Shown in pieces: positions 8,452 through 18,668 of a stretch of 64,000 nt of DNA. This DNA is from a virus: IMG/VR virus record IMGVR_UViG_3300033145_001324, positions 6,059 to 70,058 of that record, one strand, 5' to 3'. The notes beneath the pieces were generated by a model. It did not search any database and was not told the origin of the DNA. It saw only the letters and a program-made list of their open reading frames with translations. How positions within the stretch are numbered: the first letter of the stretch is position 1; each line of letters starts with the position of its first letter. A program made the position numbers and the translations under genes.

Positions 8452-9830
8452 CCTTAAAATAAATAATATAGACACTCTGTCCAGATTATTGTCCAGATAC
8501 CAACATCATTTTCCGAACCACAAGCAATGGTTCGCAAATACTATATACTTTTTGCGACAAAAGAGACTGCATTTTCTACATATAATTGTATGAATTCATA
8601 CATATAGTTGTATATATTTAGCATTATAGGAATTTTATTTGATTATATAATGATAATTTTGTTATAAATGACATAACTTATTATAAATAAAGGAGTTACT
8701 ATTTGATTGTTATTTCCAAACGAAAATACACAGAAATACTAACTTGTTGAGAATAAAAGAGTTATATCAATTTTATTTACCAGCGATAATAAATATTATA
8801 TATTCTTCATAGATAATCCTAAAATCCTATATATTGAACATTAACTGCTAATAAATGTGATATTTTCACATAAATCCTTACTTAAAACTTATAATATGAT
8901 ATATCATATTTGATACTTAAAGCCTAAAAAGAGACCTAACATCTCATAAATGATAGCTTAAATAGGGACTTTTAAATTTTTCAACACCTAATCAACACTT
9001 AATCAACACCTTATTTTTGCCAAAACAGACCACCCCTATACCACCTACTTACCACTTCACAATGGTTACCGCACGACACCTATCCATCCTTGGCTACGCC
9101 ACGACGTATCCCAATATCGCTTATGTAACCCTTTTGTAACCAGGAAAAAGCGTAATACCTCCGTTTTATGTAACTTTTTACGTAACTTCTTTATAGTAAA
9201 CACTTTATAGCCAAATATATACCGATAGGGTATAAAATCGCACAAACCTCTATTTTTACGTTAATATTTACCCGAACGGTAACGAAATATACCCTTTCGG
9301 GTATGAACGAACGAAAGTCGTTGGAGCTCGATTAGAGTCTCCAGAAACGATACGTAAGCGGTTCGGAACGGTAGCCAGAGGCTCATTAGAGCCTACTGGC
9401 AATGCCTTTTAAGGCATTATTTGGGTTTTATGTGGATTTGTATGGTTCTTGGTCGTTTCGTGTTATTACGTGCGTTTTAACTTTATTTTAGGTTGTTTTT
9501 CGGTTTTTAATGCGATGAAACGGGTCGAAACGTGGGTTTAAGGCGTTTTAAATGGGTATAGTGGGGGTGTAAATCGGTCAAAATAGGTGTTTTGCTAAAA
9601 TAGACCCGCCCCAGTTATTGACGTAAAGCTATACTCTGTATAGGTTGACGTCTGCAATTACTTATAATGTAATGGCAAGGGTTGAGTTTGGGCTCTGATA
9701 TTGACATTAAATAAGATTTGTTTTTTCTGCATAACCTGATTAATCGATTATAACGTTATACGTTTCTTTTAATACTTCTTTATTGTTTCTTTTGTTTAGG
9801 CATTATTTTAATCTTTTTTTGTTTAGGGTA
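8452..9830. other. Non-coding divergence hub; candidate genome end/packaging site or origin
   Basis: No ORF >60 aa; palindromes, tandem 11-mers, hairpin cluster, C/A-to-G/T strand flip; transcription diverges from it. Confidence 0.6.
8982..9010 (+). repeat. Tandem 11-bp repeat CAACAC(C/T)TAAT (~2.6 copies)
   Basis: caacacctaat caacacttaat caacacc. Confidence 0.8.
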
Positions 9831-9858
9831 TTGACTTTATTTGTTTGTGGTGTATACT
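9831..9858 (+). promoter_or_regulatory. Class B (early) promoter
   Basis: TTGACT-16 bp-TATACT, followed by GGGAGG RBS and first rightward gene. Confidence 0.75.
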
Positions 9859-10083
9859 TATGGTAGAAAAGGGAGGGCGGAAAAATGGAAAATGCTAATA
9901 GGTGTTGGTTTTGCGGATTAGATGACAACTGTATTTATATAACCTATAAAAGATGTGGCGGAACTTGGCAGGGAGAATATGTTTGCGAAGAGTGCATAAC
10001 TTCACTTAAAAAAGACGGTGCAATTATCAATCGCAGTTTATAACATAGTGGAAACTGTTTCGAAGAAGAGGGAGTTTAAGACC

Positions 10084-10272
10084 ATGAATAGAAAAGTAGA
10101 TAAAGGATTAAGACTCGAAAAACATAATAGCAAGTGGCGGATTGTTGAATTTTCGTATGACTCGGGCAGGGTTTTGCGGATTATTAAAAAGCAAGATAAA
10201 GGCTGGGATTATAGAAGTTTAACTTTTTATTTGCAAGGTGCGGAAAAAACAAGGCAAGAGGGTATACAATGA
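10084..10272 (+). CDS. Early hypothetical protein
   Basis: Start reassigned to MNRKVDKG after GAGGGAG. Confidence 0.55.
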   Translation: MNRKVDKGLRLEKHNSKWRIVEFSYDSGRVLRIIKKQDKGWDYRSLTFYLQGAEKTRQEGIQ

Positions 10273-10409
10273 ATAATAAAGACTATAATCTGTATAAACT
10301 GGATAAATTATTCAAGCTTTACGCTTATCTATTACAAGGCAAGGCAGGGGTTTATTACTGGCATTATAGCTTGGAGTATGAAAACTTGAAAGCGGAGGTT
10401 TTAAAATGA
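10269..10409 (+). CDS. 46-aa hypothetical protein (paralog of 13076..13216)
   Basis: Manual translation MNNKDYNLYKLDKLFKLYAYLLQGKAGVYYWHYSLEYENLKAEVLK. Confidence 0.7.
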   Translation: MNNKDYNLYKLDKLFKLYAYLLQGKAGVYYWHYSLEYENLKAEVLK

Positions 10410-10599
10410 AGCGAAAAATTAGATGGATAGTCAGTGACGAAGTAGAAAACAGTATACATAAAACAAGAAAAAACGCTTTAAAAGAGTATAACAGATTATT
10501 GAGTATAAATTATAGATATAAGTCAACTCTTGAAGTATTAAGGCATAATCAAATAACAGATAATTATACTGTTATTAAATGAGGTTTTAAAATGAAGCG
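10395..10599 (+). repeat. 19-bp direct repeat GAGGTTTTAAAATGAAGCG flanking a small gene (10406..10582)
   Basis: Identical copies at 10395-10413 and 10581-10599. Confidence 0.85.
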
Positions 10600-11050
10600 T
10601 ATTATTGAAGCGGAAAATATAAAGCAAGATATAAGTTTAATTAATGCAAAGCGTAAACATCAAGAGCGTAAAGCAAAAAAGATTTGCAATTATAGATTAT
10701 ACACCATTAATAAGTCTGTTTATACTGCTAAAGGCTATTGGATAGACAAGGGCAAGCTATACAAGGATAAAATCAATTTCAAGTATTATCATGATTATAC
10801 AAAGGCAAAGGTTCAAGCGGAAAAAATTCTCAATACCACTTCGGAGTTATGCGTTTCAATTGAAGACGTTAAGAAAAATATTTTATACATAGTTTACAAG
10901 AATAAAACGCAAGTTTTAAGGGTAAAGTATACGCATAAAGCTATAACTAAGCGTAAAGCCTTAAAACGTGCCTATAAGCTTATAAATGCTAATGGTGGTT
11001 GCACTATTGAGAAGTCAAGCGGAATATATAAAATAACGTCTTATAAATAA
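10592..11050 (+). CDS. Basic early hypothetical protein
   Basis: ORF track; GAGG RBS. Confidence 0.65.
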   Translation: MKRIIEAENIKQDISLINAKRKHQERKAKKICNYRLYTINKSVYTAKGYWIDKGKLYKDKINFKYYHDYTKAKVQAEKILNTTSELCVSIEDVKKNILYIVYKNKTQVLRVKYTHKAITKRKALKRAYKLINANGGCTIEKSSGIYKITSYK

Positions 11051-11476
11051 TGGAGGTGTTAAAATGGAGAATTTAAAAAAATATTATAATAGCCTTGCGG
11101 ACTTAGAAACTGCTATAAATTCGGAAGTCAAGCCATTATATGATGGCGAATATCAGCGTGTTATTAATAATGATATAGTATATTGTATATATCGTTTAAA
11201 TTCCAAATGTTATGAATTATCAGTATATACATATAAAAGTATAAAATAACGTGTTTTAAATAAAAGAGGGGTTACAATGGAACGTATAATAGCAAGTGAT
11301 GGATATATAGGAATTACAGATATAATTTACGATATAGAAGACTCTGTTGTTTTGTCAAGCGGAGAAGATTGTATAATATATTATAATGAAACTATACCAT
11401 ATTTTATATATAATAATGTAAAATATTATTTGAATGAGTTTATTAAAACAGATATATAAAAAAATAGGTGGGTAAT

Positions 11477-11836
11477 ATGAAACTTTACCATTATACAGAT
11501 AATAAAATACAAGATAAAATAAAAACTTCTTATTTTGGCAGTAATTCCTATACAAACAATGATAAAAGCATATCCGCAATAAATAGAAGCTTCTTTTTTA
11601 CTACTGGTAAAATTCCCGAATATCGTTTCGAAAATTCCAAATATCAATATATCGCTTATATTAATGATAATAAAATATATAATCTTATATCAGACAATAA
11701 AAAACTGATTAAAAGAGGTAAAAATATACATTATATATTACAAAAAATTAAAAAACTGGGATATAGCGGAGTATTATATAATATAGGCTATAATGTAGTT
11801 ATATTATTTAATGATATATCTATATCCAAAAAATAG
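11477..11836 (+). CDS. Possible ADP-ribosyltransferase-like protein
   Basis: MKLYHYT...FFF...AYI...LGYSGVLY..VVILF pattern resembles ART domains of phage polyvalent proteins. Confidence 0.3.
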   Translation: MKLYHYTDNKIQDKIKTSYFGSNSYTNNDKSISAINRSFFFTTGKIPEYRFENSKYQYIAYINDNKIYNLISDNKKLIKRGKNIHYILQKIKKLGYSGVLYNIGYNVVILFNDISISKK

Positions 11837-11849
11837 GGAGGGCGGGAAA

Positions 11850-12155
11850 ATGAAAACTTATTTTTATGATAAAGAAGTTAAAAAAATAAGGGATAGAAAA
11901 ACGGGATTTTCAATAAATAAATATATCGTATATGGAATAGAGCATAAAGGTAATATAGATATAGCAGAACGTAAAGTTAAAACTATAACGCAAAAATTGA
12001 ATAGAGAGCTTGCAGGAGGGTATTTTTCAGATAATAGCAAGCCTTGTAATTTTAAAAAAGATTATACAGTTATATATATTCCATATAGCACCAGAATAAG
12101 AGCATATGATAAAGCGGATAAATATATAATAAATTTAATTGCAAAGGAGGTATAA
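11850..12155 (+). CDS. Early hypothetical protein
   Basis: Start reassigned to MKTYFYD after GGGAGGG. Confidence 0.6.
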   Translation: MKTYFYDKEVKKIRDRKTGFSINKYIVYGIEHKGNIDIAERKVKTITQKLNRELAGGYFSDNSKPCNFKKDYTVIYIPYSTRIRAYDKADKYIINLIAKEV

Positions 12156-12408
12156 AAATGAAAGTTAAAATTTTTCAAGATTTAAAATTAATCAATAAAA
12201 AATGGCGATATAGCCTAAAATTTAGTGATAATGTATATACTATGATATATAAAAGTTTTGATATTTGTAAATGCCTAAAAATACAAGCGATAATGGATAA
12301 TAGAATAAATAAGTTTTTTAAACGTGAAAGCAATATATTAAAAACGTCTGATATGGGTTTTCAGTATATCAGATAATAACGCAATTTAACTATATGGAGG
12401 GCTGAAAA

Positions 12409-12747
12409 ATGATGAGCTTATTATATAATCAAAATTTAGTGGATAAAGACGTTCAAGAGTCAAGGCAGGATAATATTATTGCTTCACAAAAAATATCCAA
12501 AAGAGCAAGGGTAACATTATATCAAAGCGGTAAAAAAGTTATAAAGTTATATAATACAGATATATTGATAATGGATAATAATAAAATCACTTTAAATAGC
12601 GGAGGTTATAGGTCGGTTACTACCAAAGCAAGGATTAATCAATTTTTACCTTGTAATATATCAGTATATCAAAAAGATTATAACTGGTATATAAAACATG
12701 ATGGTAATATAATAGAATTTTTTGATGGTATAGAATTATTAATTTAA
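12409..12747 (+). CDS. Conserved phage early protein
   Basis: ITLNSGGYRSVTTKARIN...VYQKDYNWY motif widespread in phage early regions. Confidence 0.65.
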   Translation: MMSLLYNQNLVDKDVQESRQDNIIASQKISKRARVTLYQSGKKVIKLYNTDILIMDNNKITLNSGGYRSVTTKARINQFLPCNISVYQKDYNWYIKHDGNIIEFFDGIELLI

Positions 12748-12758
12748 AAATGCGGGGC

Positions 12759-12787
12759 TTGATTTTTAATGCTATATGGTGTATATT
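12759..12787 (+). promoter_or_regulatory. Class B promoter
   Basis: TTGATT-17 bp-TATATT with the shared ATATGGTGTATA context. Confidence 0.6.
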
Positions 12788-13075
12788 TAAATTGGGAATA
12801 ATATAAACGTAATTAAAAAAAGGCGGATAAAATGAAGTATAAAAATATGATTTAACATTACAGAGTATAGGGCTATTGAAAAATTATCAATATAAACCTT
12901 TAATTACTATATAAAAAGCGGAGTATTTAAAAATGGATATAATCTATTGTAAAATATGCGGTAAACGTTTGACAAGCGAAGATAAATATTTTAATCAATA
13001 TGATATATGCAAAAAATGTTTAGACAAGGATAAGCTCAAGAGTTTAACAGACCAAAAAAATAAAAGAGGTTTAAA

Positions 13076-13216
13076 ATGAAAAATAATAAATATGATATAA
13101 AAATATTGGATAAACTCTTTAAACTTTACGCTTTCCTATTACAAGGCAGGGCAGGAGCTTATTATTGGCATTATAGCTTAGAATATGAGAAGTTAAAATC
13201 AAAGGTATTAAAATGA
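13076..13216 (+). CDS. 46-aa hypothetical protein (paralog of 10269..10409)
   Basis: MKNNKYDIKILDKLFKLYAFLLQGRAGAYYWHYSLEYEKLKSKVLK. Confidence 0.7.
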   Translation: MKNNKYDIKILDKLFKLYAFLLQGRAGAYYWHYSLEYEKLKSKVLK

Positions 13217-13839
13217 ATGTATATAAATATTTTGATAATATAAATACTCAATCAAAAGCATATTGGTTAGGTTATTTTTATGCAGATGGTTGTATTTGTA
13301 ACCAATATACTGTATCACTGACTTCAAAAGACAAAAAAGCGGTTTTGGAATTTAGAGAAGATTTAAAAATTAAAAATAAAATTTTTATTGATAAAAGAAA
13401 AAAACAGTATTATTATACTTTGATTATAGGCAGTAAATATATGGTAACTATATTATTCAAAAAATATAAACTTGTAACTAATAAATACAATAAATTGATA
13501 TTGCCTAAATTACAAAAACGATTATATAGACATTTTATAAGAGGGTTTTTTGATGGAGATGGGTGCGTTCTATATGGGTCTAATAGAGTATCTTTTATTT
13601 TACAAAGTGCGTCTGTTACGTTCCTATTGCAAATACAAAAGATTATTGATAAATTTTTAAATAATGATAATAAACAAGCTAAACTACATAAAGACCGCAA
13701 TAGTTACAGATTAGTATATTGCAAGAAAAAACATATTCCTAAATTATATAAATATTTATATATCAATTCATATAGATATTTGAACAGAAAAAAAATTAAA
13801 TTTAGGGAAGCGATTAAAACTTATAATAAAAGGAGATAA
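13213..13839 (+). CDS. LAGLIDADG homing endonuclease
   Basis: KAYWLGYFYADG and RHFIRGFFDGDG motifs. Confidence 0.88.
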   Translation: MNVYKYFDNINTQSKAYWLGYFYADGCICNQYTVSLTSKDKKAVLEFREDLKIKNKIFIDKRKKQYYYTLIIGSKYMVTILFKKYKLVTNKYNKLILPKLQKRLYRHFIRGFFDGDGCVLYGSNRVSFILQSASVTFLLQIQKIIDKFLNNDNKQAKLHKDRNSYRLVYCKKKHIPKLYKYLYINSYRYLNRKKIKFREAIKTYNKRR

Positions 13840-13843
13840 TCCA

Positions 13844-14209
13844 ATGAACAGATACCATTGCTCTATATATATTCCTATTGATATAAAAGAAAAATTAAAC
13901 TCTTTAACTGATAGATTAAACACCTTAAAATGGCGATATACTCCGCATAGCATAGATAATATTAAAAATAGATGTTATGATATAGGCAGTATGTTGAAGT
14001 TTATTAATGCTTTGATATTGAGCGAAAAAGATATTTTTGAAGTATATAGTCAAGATAATATTATTGATAGGGTTTGTTATAGAATAGAATATATTACTTG
14101 CGATATTATATTAGTTATTGATAATACTAAAACTATAATCACTATATATGCAAATTCTAAAAATGATAATCATATTACTTTAAAAGAAACTCTTTATGTA
14201 AGGGGTTGA
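13844..14209 (+). CDS. Conserved phage protein, possible RelE/BECR-fold RNase
   Basis: YTPHS...R, beta-rich core and IITIY.N...NH.TL tail; fold is inference. Confidence 0.3.
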   Translation: MNRYHCSIYIPIDIKEKLNSLTDRLNTLKWRYTPHSIDNIKNRCYDIGSMLKFINALILSEKDIFEVYSQDNIIDRVCYRIEYITCDIILVIDNTKTIITIYANSKNDNHITLKETLYVRG

Positions 14210-14234
14210 CTTTTGTTGTTATATGGTGTATACT
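14206..14234 (+). promoter_or_regulatory. Class B promoter
   Basis: TTGACT-17 bp-TATACT. Confidence 0.8.
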
Positions 14235-14268
14235 TTAATTGAGAGGTTAAACTAAAGGAGATGATGAT

Positions 14269-14651
14269 ATGAATAAAAACTTAAAGAGGATAAGAAGCAA
14301 GAAATAAAAGATTATGCCATAGATAGATTAGAAGATTTAAAAGACTCTACAATTTATGGTTGTGATTTACATAATGAGATATTTAATACAGATTATTATA
14401 TCATAGGAACATATAAAGCAAAACAATGGTTATCAGGAGATGTTTTTGAAGCTATAAATGATATAAAAGAATATGAAAAAGATAATTTTGGAGTAGTAAC
14501 AACAGATTTAAGCGAGCCTGAAAAAGTAGTCAATATGTATGTTTATATACTTGGAGAAGAAATTCTAAGCGAAAGCGAAACCTTGGAAAAATCTTGGGAT
14601 AAATATCTTACTGATGAAAACATTGATAATATAATTAATGAGTTAAAATAA
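14269..14651 (+). pseudogene. Acidic conserved phage protein (possible Ocr-like DNA mimic), frameshifted in an A5 run at codons 3-4
   Basis: Not in ORF track; open frame 14277..14651 encodes DLHNEIFNTDYYIIGTYKAKQWL...YEKDNFG..TDLSEPEKVVNM..YILGEE; ATG 14269 is in another frame. Confidence 0.65.
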
Positions 14652-14665
14652 GGAGGCATTTTAAA

Positions 14666-15334
14666 ATGGATAATTTAATCGAAACAATTGAATATAAAGG
14701 ATATAATATAAATATATACCCTGATACTGAACCTGATAGCCCACGCAATTGGGATAATTTAGGCATTATGGTATGCTTTCATCATAAATATGATTTAGGA
14801 GATAAAACAGATTTAACGTTTGATGAATTTGAGGGTTGGGAAGAATTAGAAAAATATTTAGTCAAAGAAAAACAGGCAATAGTTATTGCCCCTTTATATA
14901 TGTATGAACATAGCGGTATAAGCATTAAAATAGGTAGTTTTTACAATTGTGGACTTTCTCAAGGACACGCACGTTTTGATAGCGGACAGATAGGGTTTAT
15001 TTATGTAGATAAAGAAACATTAATAAAAGAATATGGAATAAAGAGAATTACTCAAAAGATAAAAAATACAGCAAGAGGGGTATTAGAGGGAGAAGTTGAA
15101 ACTTATAACAATTATGTTAGCGGTGATGGATATGGTTATCAAGTAGAAGATAAAGAGGGCAACGATATTCATAGCTGTTGGGGGTTTTATGGTGAAGATG
15201 ATTATATGATAGAACAAGCAAAAGACAATATAGATTATGATATAAAAGAAAAACTAAAACAAAAAACTAAAACCTTAAAAGCTCTTATTAAAAACGGAAC
15301 GGATTTGAAAATAAGAGAAAAAATACTAAAATAA
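14666..15334 (+). CDS. Conserved phage early protein
   Basis: SPRNWDNLG.M.C.H..Y.LGD, PLYMYEHSG, FDSGQIG, SCWGFYG motifs. Confidence 0.75.
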   Translation: MDNLIETIEYKGYNINIYPDTEPDSPRNWDNLGIMVCFHHKYDLGDKTDLTFDEFEGWEELEKYLVKEKQAIVIAPLYMYEHSGISIKIGSFYNCGLSQGHARFDSGQIGFIYVDKETLIKEYGIKRITQKIKNTARGVLEGEVETYNNYVSGDGYGYQVEDKEGNDIHSCWGFYGEDDYMIEQAKDNIDYDIKEKLKQKTKTLKALIKNGTDLKIREKILK

Positions 15335-15621
15335 TCTATATAGGAGAATAATATAATGAGGAAAATGAAAGGGTTTGGAGGAAGTTTTGTTATAAACGGA
15401 AAAAGCCAAAGAGGAATAATAGCTTCTGATACTATTAAAAAAGCTGTTGAAATATTAGCAATAGTATATATTCCTTACTATTATTTTAAAGATTATTGGT
15501 GTGAAACTGGAAATGCAAAAGAATTAAAAATAGCATTAAAACAGCCTTATAATTTATTTTGTAAAGATATAGATGATATTGATGGAGAATATAAAATTTT
15601 CAATATAAAGGATTAAATAAA

Positions 15622-16065
15622 ATGACTTATATTACTAACCCAAAAATTAAAAAATGTAAAAATTACCTTACCGATTATGAAGAAGCAAAATACTATAATA
15701 AATATTATAATACCAGTTTAAAAGTAATTCAAAAAGGTTCTAACTCTAAAGGTATGTGTTTTAATTATGCAACAAGAAATTATAATTTAAAATATTCCGA
15801 AGATTGTTTTGAATATATAAAAGAAAATTATCAAGAAATAGATTTTGTAGATATACAAAAAAAGGACATAGTAATATTTTTTGAAGATTTGTGGAATGAA
15901 GAAGAAGAAAACGCAGAGCATTTCGGAGTAATAAAAGAAAAAAGAGAAACTATCGGGAGGACTATTATCAGGAGCAAGTGGGGCACTTGTGGGATATTTG
16001 AGGGCAATATAAATGACTTGCCCGAAATTTATGGACACATGGTTAAATTTTACAGAAAAAAATAA
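15622..16065 (+). CDS. Hypothetical protein, possible papain-like (Cys/His) fold
   Basis: CFNYA ... DIVIF ... HFGV ... SKWG ... YG..KFYR pattern. Confidence 0.3.
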   Translation: MTYITNPKIKKCKNYLTDYEEAKYYNKYYNTSLKVIQKGSNSKGMCFNYATRNYNLKYSEDCFEYIKENYQEIDFVDIQKKDIVIFFEDLWNEEEENAEHFGVIKEKRETIGRTIIRSKWGTCGIFEGNINDLPEIYGHMVKFYRKK

Positions 16066-16083
16066 ATTATTTTAAAATAAAGT

Positions 16084-16111
16084 TTGACTTTTTTAAAAAA
16101 TGTGGTATACT
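16084..16111 (+). promoter_or_regulatory. Class B promoter
   Basis: TTGACT-16 bp-(TGG)TATACT. Confidence 0.7.
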
Positions 16112-16856
16112 TATATTAGAGGGAGGGAATTAATTATGGGTAGAAAAAAAGGTAAAGTCTTATCTAAGGAAGTAATAAACGAATATAAGGAGATAGAAAA
16201 AAGGAATAACAACCATATCAATATAACTTGCACAAAATGTAAAAGAATTTCTGCTATTAGAGTCAATCTTGGTAATGAAGTATTATATACGGAAAAATTG
16301 AAAAGAAGTTATATATGTTTATTATGTAGGTAAAAAAGGAGAAATACAATGTTAAAATATCCGACACAACTTAAAGGGAAAATTAAAATAGGTAATATGA
16401 CTATAAAGATTTGGGAAAGATTACATAGATATATAATAGGTGTCTATATAAATGGAATACGCATTAAAAATATCTAAAAGAAAAGGAATAATATTATGAC
16501 TAATTTATTTAAAATTGCTGAAAACCAACTAAGATGGGAAGTGCGAAGCAAGCAAAGAGTTAAATTTACCTTAATAGATATAATAGATTATGCTGTTATG
16601 GTGCGTTCTCATTTAGATTATCAAGATAGAGGGAAAGCAATATCAGAAGCTAAGAAAAGGAGAATTTAAAATGAAGTATGTTATATTAGACGAAATTGCT
16701 CTTGAAATTTTAACAGATAATAATGGAGAGAAAAAACTATTTGATACAGATGGAGAAGCAAAACAATATGCAAGACGAGAAAGCACTATTAATGCTTGGC
16801 AGGTAATAGAGATAGCTTGGCATACGGAGGATAAATAAATTATTTTGCTCAAGGGC

Positions 16857-16885
16857 TTGACTTTTATTGTTTTATCATGTATACT
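16857..16885 (+). promoter_or_regulatory. Class B promoter
   Basis: TTGACT-17 bp-TATACT. Confidence 0.75.
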
Positions 16886-16907
16886 TATATTGAGAGGGGA
16901 TAATACA

Positions 16908-17306
16908 ATGAATAATATTAAAAAAGAATTAACACAAATTGCTAACGAAACAATAAAAAATAATTCCTTAAAAGATATAACTATACAGTTTAAACAGGTA
17001 TTAAGAGGTAGAGCAAGACCGCAGACAAGAAAAATTACTGTTCCTATATGGGCGATACAACAAGTTAAAGAATATGGAATATATTATATTATTCACGAAA
17101 TAACGCATTTTATTATAGACGATAAATATAAACTTGGTTATGGACATGGAGAATTATTTAAAAAAATAGAAACTGTTATATTAAGAAAATATAATATAAA
17201 ACCAATTTATAGTAAAGCTTATGCAAAACGTTTAGAAGATTTAAAAGGTAATAAGTTATGCGGTAGATATGGAAAACTAAAGGAAGACTATAATGAAAGT
17301 ATTTAG
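16908..17306 (+). CDS. SprT-like zinc metalloprotease
   Basis: IHEITH followed by GHGELFK; start reassigned to MNNIKKEL. Confidence 0.65.
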   Translation: MNNIKKELTQIANETIKNNSLKDITIQFKQVLRGRARPQTRKITVPIWAIQQVKEYGIYYIIHEITHFIIDDKYKLGYGHGELFKKIETVILRKYNIKPIYSKAYAKRLEDLKGNKLCGRYGKLKEDYNESI

Positions 17307-17598
17307 AGTAGAAAACGAAAACGGAACAGGTTGTTATCAGGCACATTTGCCTGAATTATATGATATGTATGAAGACCATGCGGAAGATTATCATAGACCT
17401 CATGCTCTATCAGATAAAGGTATAGAAAGAATAGCTGACAAAATGGAAATCCATGCTTTTAAAGATATGGAACAGGCGAGAAAATGGTTTACTGAAAAAG
17501 ACTTGGAATTGGTAAAAGAATTTGGATTTGAATTAAAAGAAGTAGAAGCAAAAGAAATAACTGCTGTTGGGGAAAAACAAATTTTAATTATTAGATAA
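17293..17598 (+). CDS. Conserved phage hypothetical protein
   Basis: VFRVEN..G.G.Y, AF...Q.RKWF motifs. Confidence 0.6.
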   Translation: MKVFRVENENGTGCYQAHLPELYDMYEDHAEDYHRPHALSDKGIERIADKMEIHAFKDMEQARKWFTEKDLELVKEFGFELKEVEAKEITAVGEKQILIIR

Positions 17599-18641
17599 AA
17601 TAAAGGAGAAACCTTATGACTATTAGAGATTTAATAAAAGAATTAAACGAATATAAGAATAAAGATATGGAAGTTATTATTACAGTAGGTAACGAAGATA
17701 CTGATAATATTAGCACAACGGAATTTGAATTATTTAATAAAGACGAAGAACACGACTATATAGAAATATTTATAAATGAAAATACTTGTAAAAGACAATT
17801 GTAAAAAGGGGGAAGTTATGATAGAACGACTTATTTTCAGATGTTTAGAGTGCGGACATAGCAAAGAAATATTAGAGAGTTTAGAGAATATAGACAAAGA
17901 ACAATGCTTCTGCCCTATGTGTGGTTGCGATATGGAATTACAAGATACAGGAGATATGACGGATATATCCCATATTGTAAAATTAGATTGTCTTGCTCAA
18001 ATGAAAAATAATATTTCTGAACAAGGTAATGATAAAGTATGGGAGATAATAGAAGCTTTTTCTAAGGCAAAAACAAGGATAGCATATAGGACAATATTTT
18101 TTAATGCAGGTGGGTATGTGCCTGAACAGGGAGGGGATTAAAATGAAAGAGAAAAGAGTTTATGTAATAGATATGAGTCAAACAGATTTTGAGTTTAGAA
18201 AATATGAGAAATTAGAAGAATATGATAAAATAAGAGAAAAAGCAGAAGAATTAGGAACTGTTTATTCATTAGAATATTTTCAAGACCAAATTAATGATGA
18301 ACAATTATTCTTAAATAATAGTTTTATCTTAATAGACTAATATAAATTTAGTTTAATCTAATAAATATGGTATACTTTAAATGAGAGGGGAAAATAAGAT
18401 GAATAAAAGAGAACTTAAAAAATTATTATTTAACAAAACAAGTTGCGGAGCTCAGCATACTGGTTGGAGTTGTAACACCTGCTTTCACGCTTTAAAATTA
18501 AAATTAAAAGAAAATATCCACGAATATTGGTTGGCAGTATTGGCATATAGAGGTGATTATCCTGAATTAGAAAAGCGACCTGATTTAATAAAAGAGCTTT
18601 ATGATGTATTATTAAATGAGAAATAAAATAATAAATTTGTT

Positions 18642-18668
18642 TTAATGGAAAGAAATAGTGTATACTTG
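18642..18668 (+). promoter_or_regulatory. Class B-variant promoter, near-duplicated at ~19770-19800
   Basis: GAAAGAAATAGTGTATACTT shared by both sites; weak -35. Confidence 0.5.

Noticed and set aside
9100-9135. dif-like site (CCCAA-TATCGC-TTATGTAACC) for the Xer-like recombinase
   Set aside because: Only the right arm resembles dif; the left arm lacks the ATAA end and TTATGTAAC is part of a local repeat.
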